DNA from: Desulfurococcales archaeon
GTDB lineage: Archaea > Thermoproteota > Thermoprotei_A > Sulfolobales > Desulfurococcaceae
Direction of reading: 5' to 3'
Length of the DNA stretch: 64,000 bases
Assembly (NCBI GenBank): GCA_027022365.1
Contig: JALVYU010000026.1
Location: 352,001 to 416,000 of the forward strand
In this document: positions 9,553 through 19,535 of the stretch, in pieces
How the letters are laid out: the number at the start of each line of letters is the position of its first letter
Position numbering within the stretch: position 1 is the stretch's first letter
Position numbers and translations under genes: made by a program
Notes under the pieces: generated by a model
What the model was told of the DNA's origin: nothing
Database searches by the model: none
The model's input: only the letters and a program-made list of their open reading frames with translations

Positions 9553-10383
9553 CTATAATGGGTATTCTATGTATGACATAACCTGTATGTCAAAGCGTCT
9601 CAGAAGCCTGTTCTTCCAAGCATTACCAAGCGCTAACAGAACGACGATCTTGCTTATTTTTGCCCTAGAACGAATAACCATGTCAAGGACTGCGCTCAGA
9701 GTTTTACCAGTATATACTACATCAGCGAGTACTAGGACGTTATCTCTTCTACTTAGCAAGTCACGATCAATATATAATGACTCGGTTTCTCTCGGAGTAC
9801 GGACAACTATTGCGCTATAATATTGGAAGCCCGGATAAGGCCTCCGTTTAACTAATACTATTGGGCAATTCAGCTCTAACCCCAGCATTGTTGCCAGCGG
9901 TAACACAGAGAATGATGTCGCAACTATTTTATCGATCTTATTACCTGCAAGCTCTATCATTAAAAGTATTGTCAGTAGACGTATGATGTAGGGGTCTTTG
10001 AGCACTCTTGACAAATCTATAATACTGCTTTTTTCGCGCTCAACAAGTTCATGTAGTAATGAGTTTATATCGACCGAAAGTGATAGCGAAGCAAGTATTT
10101 TCAGTGCTTGTTCAAAACTTGGTATAATACTTCCTCTAACATATCTACATAGGACCGATTCAGGTATGCCTGTTAGTTCTGACAAAACCCTATATGAGAA
10201 GTTAGGCTTCAATAATCTCAGCATTTCATTAGCCATAAGCCTTGCCTTCACTCTATTGTACTTTGGCTTACTGTATATCATTGCTAGTTTTCTACTGATA
10301 GTCTCGATTTCATCCTCCGATGGTTTCCTAATAACTAATTTCTTCTTCAGCGTCATATAAAACCACCATTTCATTTTTGACAT
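9553..10383 (-). CDS. HTH plus phosphoribosyltransferase (PurR-like) regulator
   Basis: SYRVLSELTGIPESVLCRY HTH; degenerate PRPP loop VLADVVYTGKT; start may be 10356. Confidence 0.8.
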   Translation of the reverse strand: MSKMKWWFYMTLKKKLVIRKPSEDEIETISRKLAMIYSKPKYNRVKARLMANEMLRLLKPNFSYRVLSELTGIPESVLCRYVRGSIIPSFEQALKILASLSLSVDINSLLHELVEREKSSIIDLSRVLKDPYIIRLLTILLMIELAGNKIDKIVATSFSVLPLATMLGLELNCPIVLVKRRPYPGFQYYSAIVVRTPRETESLYIDRDLLSRRDNVLVLADVVYTGKTLSAVLDMVIRSRAKISKIVVLLALGNAWKNRLLRRFDIQVMSYIEYPL

Positions 10384-10449
10384 AAGCGTATCAACAATAT
10401 AGACTTTTAAACAGATATTATAAGATTACTCGTATATAAAATATAAACT

Positions 10450-10512
10450 GGGGGATGAGCACGGTCTTAAGTACCGACGTATATGGATGAGGAAAAACCC
10501 ACGCGGTGACCC
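10450..10512 (+). ncRNA. box C/D sRNA
   Basis: GGGATGA (C), CCGA (D'), ATGAGGA (C'), GTGA (D), short GGG/CCC terminal stem; guides resemble tRNA complements. Confidence 0.6.
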
Positions 10513-10938
10513 TTGTTGCGATCAATTGATACGATCATTGAAGTCCTTAGCTTGTCTGCTAATAAAATCAATGAAATCATCGAGAAAGCCGTTACAAAAT
10601 CTGAAGAGCTAGGTGAACCCTATACACTCATATGTAGAAAATGTAATAACAGAGAGTTCTGCCTGTTATTGAAAATAACTCCTGTACCCGAAGAGTATTT
10701 AATTGATGTATTGGGATGCATAGTATATTTATCGAGAAACGAGAAAATCACTTCTGATATTGAGATAATAATAAGATTCTCAAAAATAATTAGAACATAC
10801 AATGAAAGAATAGCATTTTATATCCCACCAGAATTATCTGGAAAAGCTGTAAAAATATTATGCAGAGATCATAGTCTCGATGAAAAGATAACTATCAAAG
10901 CTTTGCCGTACGAAGAAGGAATAATTTATGACGAGTGA
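10513..10938 (+). CDS. hypothetical protein (141 aa)
   Basis: ORF overlapping the start of xpb, operon-like. Confidence 0.6.
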   Translation: MLRSIDTIIEVLSLSANKINEIIEKAVTKSEELGEPYTLICRKCNNREFCLLLKITPVPEEYLIDVLGCIVYLSRNEKITSDIEIIIRFSKIIRTYNERIAFYIPPELSGKAVKILCRDHSLDEKITIKALPYEEGIIYDE

Positions 10939-12601
10939 TCGCGTCTTGCCCATAATGTTAAGGCCTAATAGATGGCTGGATGATCAGGAGTTCAGGGAGC
11001 TCACAAGAATCTCCGACTATATCGGATACGAGAAGCAATCTGGACCAGTATTTAGGCTGAATATTAGAAAAGCTCTTCTCAATGGTTATTCATTTAATGA
11101 TCTAGTCAATTTATTTGACGAAATCGGAATCAATATATCTCCAGAGGAACTTGACTCCATAAGAAAGGAGTACAGTAAATTTTCGATTTCCATAACATGG
11201 AATAGCCTTAGAGGAAAAATAGTGCTTGACATCCCCTGGGAAACATATCGTTTGATCAAAGATAGACTTAGAGATCTAAATCCACGCTTCAGAGCAAAAG
11301 ACAAAACCTCCATTAAATACGAGATCTTGCCCTGGAGACTAAATGAATTAATTATATTGGCCGGAGCATATTCGATACCCCTAAACGATCGTTCCGGGAT
11401 ATTGAAACCCAAAAAATTACCACAAACAATCAATCTTAAAGATGTTGAATTACGCCCATACCAGTCGGAGGCTCTCAATAAATGGATAGAAAACAAACGC
11501 CAAGGAATAATAGTCCTGCCTACAGGATCCGGGAAAACTCTCATAGGCATTGCAGCAATAGCCAAGTCGCAGAGAAGAACGCTCATAATAACTTATACAA
11601 AGGAACAAATGTTTCAATGGAAGGAACAAATATTCAAATATACTGATGCAAAGCCCGGACTAGTAGGCCTTTATTACTCCGAGGAGAAAAGAATATCACC
11701 TATAACAATAACGACTTATCAGAGCGGCTATCGCAATATCAACATTTTGTCTCCTTATTTTGACCTCCTAATAATCGATGAAGTACATCATCTTCCCGCT
11801 GAGAAGTTCAAATATATAGCAATACACTCTCTAGCCCCGTACAGGATGGGGTTATCAGCCACAGCTATTAGGGAGGACGGCAAACACGAGGAATTATTCC
11901 CACTACTCGGCGGTATAATCTATCACAGATCAGCAGCAGAACTAGCCTCTCAAGGATATCTAGCACGATATAAGATAGTGACCATAAAGGTTAAGCTATC
12001 CCCAAAAGAAAAGAAAGAATACAATGCATATCGTGAAACCTATCGTAGGTTCGCAAAGGGTAGAAAATTCCAAGAAGTATTAAACCTAGCGTTGAAAGGT
12101 GTTCCAGACGCCAGAAAAGCGTTGTCATTTCACAAGAAAATGCATGATATAATAGCATTTTCACATTCGAAGCTAAAGAAAGTAGTTGAAATAGTTGATA
12201 GGGAAATAAAGAAGAAGAACAAGATCATCATCTTTACACAATATGTCAAACAAGCTGAAGAACTAGGGAAAATGCTGGAAAAATACGGAGCACTAGTATT
12301 GACAGGAGAAACACCTACTGATAAAAGAAAGAAAATACTCGAATACTTTCGCAGTTCTCCAAGTGGAATACTAATAGTGACGACTGTAGGAGACGAAGGA
12401 CTCGATATACCGGACGCCAATATTGGTATTATTGTATCAGGTACAGGATCAAAGAGGCAATTTATACAGAGACTAGGGAGAATACTAAGGCCGGGGAAGA
12501 ACAAAGAGGCTATTCTATATGAGATTATAGTTTCGGGTACCCATGAGGAATACCAGGCTAAAAGGCGCAAGAAAACAGTGCTTGATGACTTCGATTTATG
12601 A
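10928..12601 (+). CDS. xpb: XPB/Rad25-family DNA repair helicase
   Basis: LRPYQ, LPTGSGKT, DEVHH, GLSATA.RED, EGLDIP, QRLGRILR. Confidence 0.9.
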   Translation: MTSDRVLPIMLRPNRWLDDQEFRELTRISDYIGYEKQSGPVFRLNIRKALLNGYSFNDLVNLFDEIGINISPEELDSIRKEYSKFSISITWNSLRGKIVLDIPWETYRLIKDRLRDLNPRFRAKDKTSIKYEILPWRLNELIILAGAYSIPLNDRSGILKPKKLPQTINLKDVELRPYQSEALNKWIENKRQGIIVLPTGSGKTLIGIAAIAKSQRRTLIITYTKEQMFQWKEQIFKYTDAKPGLVGLYYSEEKRISPITITTYQSGYRNINILSPYFDLLIIDEVHHLPAEKFKYIAIHSLAPYRMGLSATAIREDGKHEELFPLLGGIIYHRSAAELASQGYLARYKIVTIKVKLSPKEKKEYNAYRETYRRFAKGRKFQEVLNLALKGVPDARKALSFHKKMHDIIAFSHSKLKKVVEIVDREIKKKNKIIIFTQYVKQAEELGKMLEKYGALVLTGETPTDKRKKILEYFRSSPSGILIVTTVGDEGLDIPDANIGIIVSGTGSKRQFIQRLGRILRPGKNKEAILYEIIVSGTHEEYQAKRRKKTVLDDFDL

Positions 12602-13330
12602 TTTCCGGTGAACTAATTGAAGCACGGTAAGCAGTACTATAACTAACAGCTCAGCTAAATAATTCTCATGAACATATACATCAACAATAGTAACATCATC
12701 TCTTCTAACAATCACCGCAGGTAAAGATTCCTTACCGCTAACATAGACTGCTACGGGAATTATTTCACCATAGTCTTTCATAGCCTCAGTAATAGCTACC
12801 ACATATTTCTCATCTAGGAAGCCTATTCGCGTCATAAATCCGGATGCGTTTAACTTTTCTAAGCCCGTTATCACGAGAAGTTCGTGATCGCTTTGCCTCA
12901 TATTTATCCTATAAAACACTATTTTAATCTTGTTAAATGTCTTGCAAGCTTGGATTTCGGTATCTACTCTTCTATACACATTTTCAAATAGCATGATCAG
13001 CTTAGATAACTCGTCCACACGTATAAATCCGACTTCTCCCCACGTATCTCTAAGTATGTTAAAACAATAACCAATATTATCACATATTTGTTGTAACCCG
13101 TGGTTCTCTATAATTTCAGGCGTTTCACGCAGGATTATCGCAAGAGGAGGAACTATCATCCATATAGGAGTAGTTGTACCAAGTCTATGTGCAACAACAT
13201 ATGTTGGTTCAAGCATTACGCCGAGCTCTTCTACAATGGTCTCCCCCAGAACATCTGTTACCGATTTATAGAATTCCAAAGCGTTATTAAACGTGGGAAA
13301 TATCAGTGTTGATCCCGCCGGTATTCGCAT
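12596..13330 (-). CDS. hypothetical protein (244 aa)
   Basis: long ORF filling the gap; no recognised motif. Confidence 0.65.
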   Translation of the reverse strand: MRIPAGSTLIFPTFNNALEFYKSVTDVLGETIVEELGVMLEPTYVVAHRLGTTTPIWMIVPPLAIILRETPEIIENHGLQQICDNIGYCFNILRDTWGEVGFIRVDELSKLIMLFENVYRRVDTEIQACKTFNKIKIVFYRINMRQSDHELLVITGLEKLNASGFMTRIGFLDEKYVVAITEAMKDYGEIIPVAVYVSGKESLPAVIVRRDDVTIVDVYVHENYLAELLVIVLLTVLQLVHRKS

Positions 13331-13402
13331 AAGACTATCCCAGTATTCAGAGCAATTTTATAATACATTTTAATCGTTATCTGTGTTAAGGGTGCTGCTA
13401 GT

Positions 13403-13738
13403 ATGAGTGAAGAAGAACACGAGAAGACCAAAGTGATAAAAATATTTGAAGGCCAAGCAAAGATCGGAGAGATTATACAGGGACTACAAAACATTATGTT
13501 GCGGCCTGAAGATCTATCAAGCCCCGTTTCGTTCCAGATGGCTATATCACGAATAATGGATGCCCTCATGAAAAGCGTTGAGGAAGGACCCAAAAAGAGA
13601 TATGTAGCTGAAATAAGATTCACTGATAGTCTTGGAAATCCTGTTGTAATAGCTGTTGACCTAGGCGAGACTTTACCACCATTTTCAAAACGCGAGATTA
13701 AAGCTCGCATCTTGATAGAGTTGTTTGAACAGGATTAA
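13403..13738 (+). CDS. hypothetical protein (111 aa)
   Basis: ATG with SD GGGTG, typical composition. Confidence 0.75.
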   Translation: MSEEEHEKTKVIKIFEGQAKIGEIIQGLQNIMLRPEDLSSPVSFQMAISRIMDALMKSVEEGPKKRYVAEIRFTDSLGNPVVIAVDLGETLPPFSKREIKARILIELFEQD

Positions 13739-13762
13739 CACTTTCAGTATTCAAATAGCTAT

Positions 13763-13820
13763 ATATGATGAACATTGTAAGGGCTGACATTAAGGATGAG
13801 GAGTAACCAGGCTACTGATA
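13763..13820 (+). ncRNA. box C/D sRNA
   Basis: ATGATGA-12nt-CTGA-ATGAGGA-12nt-CTGA; D guide GTAACCAGGCTA is complementary to the tRNA D-loop-type sequence UAGCCUGGUUA. Confidence 0.8.
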
Positions 13821-14101
13821 AGATTAGTAGACTACTGAAGAAACGTGAGTTGCTGGCGTTTTACATTCTATGTAAGGATGGTGAAAGAGAATACAACATC
13901 GGTGAAGCGTTAGACATTATCATGAACGAACTTATTCTTTCTAGAAAAGTGGCTTGGAACGTGCTGAGGAGACTTATAAGGCTAGGGCTTTTAAGAAGAA
14001 TAAGCAATGCTTATGTGAAATGTATAGGTTTTGAAAGCTATTTTGATGCTTTACTGCGTAGTTATAGGGAAGGACGTGTTCGCCGGATAGGAGCTGTGTA
14101 G
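13796..14101 (+). CDS. winged-helix-like hypothetical protein
   Basis: SRKVAWNVLRRLIRLGLL wHTH pattern; start overlaps the sRNA so it is uncertain. Confidence 0.6.
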   Translation: MRSNQATDKISRLLKKRELLAFYILCKDGEREYNIGEALDIIMNELILSRKVAWNVLRRLIRLGLLRRISNAYVKCIGFESYFDALLRSYREGRVRRIGAV

Positions 14102-14152
14102 CGAAAGCGCTAGAAAAACACTATTGTTTTATTTTTTGTTATCTTGACCTCG

Positions 14153-14449
14153 TTACTCTTTTACCTTAAGCTTTATCTCGATGGTGCTTACTCTGGTCTC
14201 GCGGCCGCTGGGGTTGGTCACTGTCTGGCTGCCGATCTTTATCTCTTCGATGTCTACCTTACCGGGTAGGAACCTGTTCCTAACGATCTCTACGGTGTCG
14301 ACAGCCTTGCTGATCGCTCTTCCTCTAGCCTTAACGACTATCTCTTTTACGCCCTGGTGTATTAGGGTTAGGACTGCGATTACGTAGTTCATTACGGGCT
14401 TCTTACCAACTAGTACGGTGTTGCTTGCATGAGGTGTTGCCTCTGCCAT
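14153..14449 (-). CDS. albA: chromatin protein Alba
   Basis: [28 protein letters not shown]. Confidence 0.97.
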   Translation of the reverse strand: MAEATPHASNTVLVGKKPVMNYVIAVLTLIHQGVKEIVVKARGRAISKAVDTVEIVRNRFLPGKVDIEEIKIGSQTVTNPSGRETRVSTIEIKLKVKE

Positions 14450-14603
14450 GATGCCCACCTATTGACAACGCTTGTTTTAGTCTAGACCCTATGAATCCTA
14501 GGGTTTCTATATAAACTTTACTCCTATACTTAGGAATAACATATGAGTGTTATTGTCCCCCTTCCTTTTAATCCAAAGCACTATAACGATATCGTTTCTA
14601 GGG

Positions 14604-17600
14604 ATGATTATGCAGAGAAAAACAATTTTAGATCCTATTTACTCCCATGCATGCCCATCTTGTGGAGGAGATGCAGAGGCTAGTTCACTAGAGAAAGTAG
14701 GGATTTGTACAAGGTGTTTCGCCGGAAGTAATAAATACACGCTTTCGGCTCTTTCATCACATCATGATCTCTTAGAAGAGATAGAGTATTTTGCTAAGTT
14801 TTTCCAAGAGGTCAATAATGGTTTTAAACCATGGGGCGCCCAGCGAGCATGGGCTAAAAGATTACTCAACAAGGAGAATACAGTAATAATAGCCCCTACT
14901 GGCATGGGTAAGACAACTTTACTTATAACATACGCTTTATACGCTAGTAAGGAGTACAAGCATAAGATCCTATATCTTGCACCGACAAAAGCATTGGCGA
15001 AACAAATATACGAAAAACTGGCAAATAGCGGAATTAATAGCATTAAGATCATATTCTATGATTCATCATTATCTAAAAAGAAAAGAGAAAAAATCCTTGA
15101 AGCTGTGAAAAACGGGCAGTACGATATACTTGTTGTAACTAATCATTTCTTATCAAGATACGACGATCTTGTTCGGGAAAGCAATCCCGACATAATTATG
15201 ATCGACGATGTTGACTCGCTAATGCGTAGTGCAAAAAGCATAGTAAAACTACTCCATCTACTGGGTTATGATGATGAAATTATCGAACTAATTAAGAAAA
15301 AACATGCTATATTCTGGAGACTTGTTGTACTAAGATCTTTGAACAAAGAAGAAGAATCTAAGGAACTAATAAAGAAGCTCTTAGAGATCGAGATAAGGAT
15401 AGATGATAAGTTATCAAAAGTTAAGAGAAAACAAGTTATTATATCATCAGCAACCGGTAGAATGCGTGGCGGCTATGCCTCGATACTTAGAGATCTTTTA
15501 CGTACCGATATTTCAGGCGTAACAATATACGGTAGAAATGTAACCGATTCTTATTATCTCTTCAAAGACGAGAAAGAGTTAAACAATGCCCTTATCAGTG
15601 TAATCAAAAAATTAGGCCGCGGATGCCTAATTCTAATAAGCCCAAGGCATCCGTTTAAAGAAGTTTTCAAAAATGTTGCCGAACACTTAAAGAAGGAGGG
15701 CCTTGGTCTAAAGATAGCCGAAGCGACACCATATAACATTAAAAAGTTCATTGAAGGCAAGATCGACATCATAATAGGGAGCTCTAGCTACTACGGTATG
15801 AGTGTCAGAGGTATAGACGCGCCTGAACACATTAGATACATCATATTTCTAGGAACACCCGCATTTACAATAGATCTCGAGGGATTTCTTGCAAATATAA
15901 CATTACTCTCCAGAGCGGCGCTGCTGTTGTCTGAAGAAAAAGGTGATGGGTCCTATAGAACTATAAGTGCAAACCTAAGAAATACTATGTTTAAGCTTAG
16001 TCTAGGTGAAAGAAGATTATTATCATATTTGATGAAAGGCAAAATCACAGTTGAAGATATTAGTAATGAAAAACTAGTCAAGCTATACAGCGAGATTAAT
16101 TCCTACTACAAACAGATTATAAGCGATCTAAAAGAATTGCTTAAAAATAAAAGAGTATTGAACATGGGGTCAATAACTCTCTTTTACGACAAGAAAACAG
16201 GAACATATAAAGCAATTATTCCTGATGTTATGACCTATATTCAGGCAAGTGGAAGAACAAGCAGACTATTAAGGGGAAAAATGACTCATGGGCTCTCAAT
16301 AATATTTGAAAACATAACGTTTTCTAACGTAATAAAATCGCTGGAGAAAAGACTCAATGCATATAATGAGGAATTAGTCTTTAAGGAACTTGATCAAGTT
16401 GATCTGGATCTTGAGATAAAAGAAATAATCAATAGTAGGACTCAAAAGAAAGAAGTCAATATGCTTAGTTATAAGAATATATTACTTATAGTAGAGTCGC
16501 CGACGAAAGCAAGAACTATTGCGAGGTTCTTCGGTAAACCAACTAGAAGAAAAATAGGCAGTGTTAGTGTATTTGAGATACCATTCATATCAGATAATAC
16601 TGTCATACATATGAACGTAATAGCAACGCGTGGCCATATATATGATCTAACAACAGAACCAATAGGTGCATACGGGATAATTTTCAATAATAATAAGATA
16701 ATGCCCAAATACGAAACAATAAAACGCTGTAGGATTTGCGGCCATCAATTCACATACGGGGATAAATGCCCGAGATGCGGTAGCTCAGCTTTTTATGATT
16801 CAATCGAAATAGTCAGTGTTTTGAGAAAGCTATCATCAGAAGCGGACGAAATATACATAGCCACAGACCCTGACATAGAGGGAGAAAAAATTGCTTATGA
16901 CGTGTATTTAACTGTTAGACCCTTTGTAAGTGAGGAAAACATATGGAGAATAGAGCTCCATGAAATAACGTTATCGGAGCTAAAGAAAGCATTCGGTAAA
17001 AAGAGGAGAATTAATAAAAAGCTCGTGGAGGCCGAGATATATAGGCGCATACTTGATAGACTCATAGGCTTTAGCTTGAGCCAGAAGCTATGGATTAAGT
17101 ACGGCAAGAATTGGTTGGGAGCTGGAAGAGTTCAAACACCTGTTCTAGGATGGGTTATTGAACAGTACAATAAATGGAAGCTGAACAAATGTAAGCTGAT
17201 CATACTTGAACTACCCAACGGTCTTAAAGTAAGGTTTCATCTTGGGAAAGATGATTATAGGAGAATAGTAGATAGGATTAAGAAGGAAGGCGTTGAGCTC
17301 AGACTCTTAGAAATTAATGAAAAAACGTTCAATCCACAACCACCGTACACTACCGACATGCTTTTAGAGGATGCGTCTAGATTAGGGATACCATCGAGAC
17401 TCGCTATGAAGATTGCACAAGAATTGTTCGAATCGGGCTTGATAACCTATCATAGAACCGATTACACATATGTATCCTCGACAGGAATATCAATAGCTAG
17501 GCAATATATTAAAAAACACGGATTTGAAGGTTTATTCAGGCCTAGCCACTGGGGCGATAAAGGAGCGCATGAGGCAATACGGCCGACTCATCCTCTCGAT

Positions 17601-18269
17601 GTCGACGAGCTCATAAAAGCTATTTCGGAGGGATTAATTAATCCGTCAATACCCCTAACTGGTCTACACTACAAGCTCTATGGTATGATCTTCAACAGAT
17701 TCATTGCTAGTCAGATGAAACCCTACAAGGCAAAAGTAGCCAAGATCTCAGTATATGTAGCGGATCTAGAATTGGCCGAACTAGAAGTGATCCTAGAAAT
17801 AGTGGATCATGGATTCGACGTTATCAGAAAAACCACGACGTATCCATCGATACAAGACATAGTAGGCAAGAAGCTTATGCCCGTAAGTATAAAAGTTGTG
17901 GACTCGTCTCTAGAGAAGCTTCATAGCGAGGGCTCGATCATCAAGCTGATGAAGTCAAAGGGGCTTGGAAGACCTAGTACTTATGCGTCAATAATCTCAA
18001 GCATAGTCAGACATGGATACGTAATTAGGTCGAAGAGGAGGGGGTATCTTATACCGACGAAAACAGGTATAGAAGTATACGATTACCTCACCAAGAACTA
18101 TGCAGAACTAGTTTCGGAATCAACTACTAAGAAGATGGAGGAAACAATCGATATGATAGCTTCAGGTAAGGCGAGTGTGGAAACAGCTATATTACTAGTG
18201 CTAGACAAGATAACATCATATAAGCTACCAATAACTGTTAGTTCACAACCCAGTAGCGTAGAAGTATAA
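14604..18269 (+). CDS. rgy: reverse gyrase
   Basis: N-terminal CPSCGG zinc finger, APTGMGKT, DDVD, QASGRTSR, Toprim VESPTKA, ATDPDIEGE, catalytic ITYHRTD, GRPSTY; start approximate. Confidence 0.96.
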   Translation: MIMQRKTILDPIYSHACPSCGGDAEASSLEKVGICTRCFAGSNKYTLSALSSHHDLLEEIEYFAKFFQEVNNGFKPWGAQRAWAKRLLNKENTVIIAPTGMGKTTLLITYALYASKEYKHKILYLAPTKALAKQIYEKLANSGINSIKIIFYDSSLSKKKREKILEAVKNGQYDILVVTNHFLSRYDDLVRESNPDIIMIDDVDSLMRSAKSIVKLLHLLGYDDEIIELIKKKHAIFWRLVVLRSLNKEEESKELIKKLLEIEIRIDDKLSKVKRKQVIISSATGRMRGGYASILRDLLRTDISGVTIYGRNVTDSYYLFKDEKELNNALISVIKKLGRGCLILISPRHPFKEVFKNVAEHLKKEGLGLKIAEATPYNIKKFIEGKIDIIIGSSSYYGMSVRGIDAPEHIRYIIFLGTPAFTIDLEGFLANITLLSRAALLLSEEKGDGSYRTISANLRNTMFKLSLGERRLLSYLMKGKITVEDISNEKLVKLYSEINSYYKQIISDLKELLKNKRVLNMGSITLFYDKKTGTYKAIIPDVMTYIQASGRTSRLLRGKMTHGLSIIFENITFSNVIKSLEKRLNAYNEELVFKELDQVDLDLEIKEIINSRTQKKEVNMLSYKNILLIVESPTKARTIARFFGKPTRRKIGSVSVFEIPFISDNTVIHMNVIATRGHIYDLTTEPIGAYGIIFNNNKIMPKYETIKRCRICGHQFTYGDKCPRCGSSAFYDSIEIVSVLRKLSSEADEIYIATDPDIEGEKIAYDVYLTVRPFVSEENIWRIELHEITLSELKKAFGKKRRINKKLVEAEIYRRILDRLIGFSLSQKLWIKYGKNWLGAGRVQTPVLGWVIEQYNKWKLNKCKLIILELPNGLKVRFHLGKDDYRRIVDRIKKEGVELRLLEINEKTFNPQPPYTTDMLLEDASRLGIPSRLAMKIAQELFESGLITYHRTDYTYVSSTGISIARQYIKKHGFEGLFRPSHWGDKGAHEAIRPTHPLDVDELIKAISEGLINPSIPLTGLHYKLYGMIFNRFIASQMKPYKAKVAKISVYVADLELAELEVILEIVDHGFDVIRKTTTYPSIQDIVGKKLMPVSIKVVDSSLEKLHSEGSIIKLMKSKGLGRPSTYASIISSIVRHGYVIRSKRRGYLIPTKTGIEVYDYLTKNYAELVSESTTKKMEETIDMIASGKASVETAILLVLDKITSYKLPITVSSQPSSVEV

Positions 18270-18290
18270 CGTTGAGAACTAAGGTATACC

Positions 18291-18596
18291 CTAGTATTTT
18301 CTTCGGACTCTAATGGCTATATACGATCTTCTTCTGCCTCTAAATCTCTCACTACCTATTTCAACGTTTACTAGCTCGATACTATCACCGAGCTTATCTT
18401 TGAGTATTCTGTAAACATCCACAGCTTTGCTAATGAAGTCCCCCCTACCCTTGATTATTATCTCGTCTATACCTTCATTGAAGCTGACAATAGCGTCGAA
18501 AATATAGTCATCAATGTGTTTTTTACCTATATCAATTATCTTTGTCTGAGGCGATAACACTTCGTTGCACCACCACATATTCTTCGTACACGCCAC
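18291..18596 (-). CDS. Alba paralog (Alba2)
   Basis: IGKKHIDDY, KGRGDFISKAVD, EIGSE...SYIAI. Confidence 0.88.
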   Translation of the reverse strand: MACTKNMWWCNEVLSPQTKIIDIGKKHIDDYIFDAIVSFNEGIDEIIIKGRGDFISKAVDVYRILKDKLGDSIELVNVEIGSERFRGRRRSYIAIRVRRKY

Positions 18597-18653
18597 TATC
18601 CTAATCGAAAATACATGAAAGGGATTATTTAAGGTCTACTATAACACTGAGAG

Positions 18654-18716
18654 AATCAGCCGGGATTCGCTATTATTTCATCCCGTTAAGGTCTTTGGAT
18701 AGGGCGTTCATCATCC
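18654..18716 (-). ncRNA. box C/D sRNA
   Basis: ATGATGA ACGCCCTATCCA AAGA ... ATGAAAT AATAGCGAATCCCGG CTGA; first guide complementary to the tRNA-Arg at 61036-61046. Confidence 0.65.
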
Positions 18717-19352
18717 TATACTCATGTATTTTCCAAATGCTTTAATTAAACGTCCGGATATATCCGCTAGATAAGATGCTATAACTGGTGCATCACCACA
18801 TGTTACATACAAGGAGCGGGGGATTAGCAATAGGTCTAGCTTATCTATATTATTTCCGTAATCTGGTATAATCCGGATAACGGATCTTTTTCTCTTATTA
18901 TTGTATAGGCACACAACTAGATCGTTATCCAGCCGCGAAGCCGAGAGAATATTGTTTCCGCTGCGAATTTTCCGTTGAAGCGCTATGGATTCACACACAT
19001 TATGTTTAACCCTCATATATACTTCAGCACATATTGTTTCAAGCCTATTGGATAGTTCAATCAGGATGCTTTTAGTCACGGAAACAAGATGCTCCAGACC
19101 CCTCAATAAAACACATTTACTTGCCCTCAATATGTATGGCTCAATAATATCTGTTCTAAACCCCTGCTTTTCTAATAAATACCTAACATAGGATATTGAA
19201 TATTGTCTTTTGACCTCGATCCTAATACTAAAGCATAACTGGGCGCCCGACCTCTCTATCGCTACCTGCGGCTCAGACGGGGATAACTTCTTCATTTTAT
19301 CAGACCTCGTATCCTCTTCATCGCCTTGTTCTGTATGAAATAAAATATACAT
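18711..19352 (-). CDS. hypothetical protein (start uncertain, N-terminus overlaps an sRNA)
   Basis: 213-aa ORF, no motif. Confidence 0.5.
   Translation of the reverse strand: MYILFHTEQGDEEDTRSDKMKKLSPSEPQVAIERSGAQLCFSIRIEVKRQYSISYVRYLLEKQGFRTDIIEPYILRASKCVLLRGLEHLVSVTKSILIELSNRLETICAEVYMRVKHNVCESIALQRKIRSGNNILSASRLDNDLVVCLYNNKRKRSVIRIIPDYGNNIDKLDLLLIPRSLYVTCGDAPVIASYLADISGRLIKAFGKYMSIG
19270..19325 (-). ncRNA. box C/D sRNA
   Basis: GGCG ATGAAGA GGATACGAGGT CTGA TAAA ATGAAGA AGTTATCCCCGT CTGA GCC; D guide complementary to conserved 23S GGGGAUAAC. Confidence 0.85.
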
Positions 19353-19360
19353 GGAAAAAT

Positions 19361-19418
19361 ATCAGTAACACGGACCTTCTTCATCTAACTAGTATCCGGC
19401 AGTGGCTTATCATCATCC
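19361..19418 (-). ncRNA. box C/D sRNA
   Basis: ATGATGA...ATGAAGA AGGTCCGTGTTA CTGA; D guide complementary to the LSU-type sequence AACACGGACC. Confidence 0.75.
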
Positions 19419-19535
19419 AATACAAGCTGATAATTATAGAGCTACTTTATTCTATCGTTCGGCAAGCATTGATATTTATAAGCAGGATACAATTATTGGA
19501 TAACGTAGCCGAAAATACAAGACACGTGATCAGCT

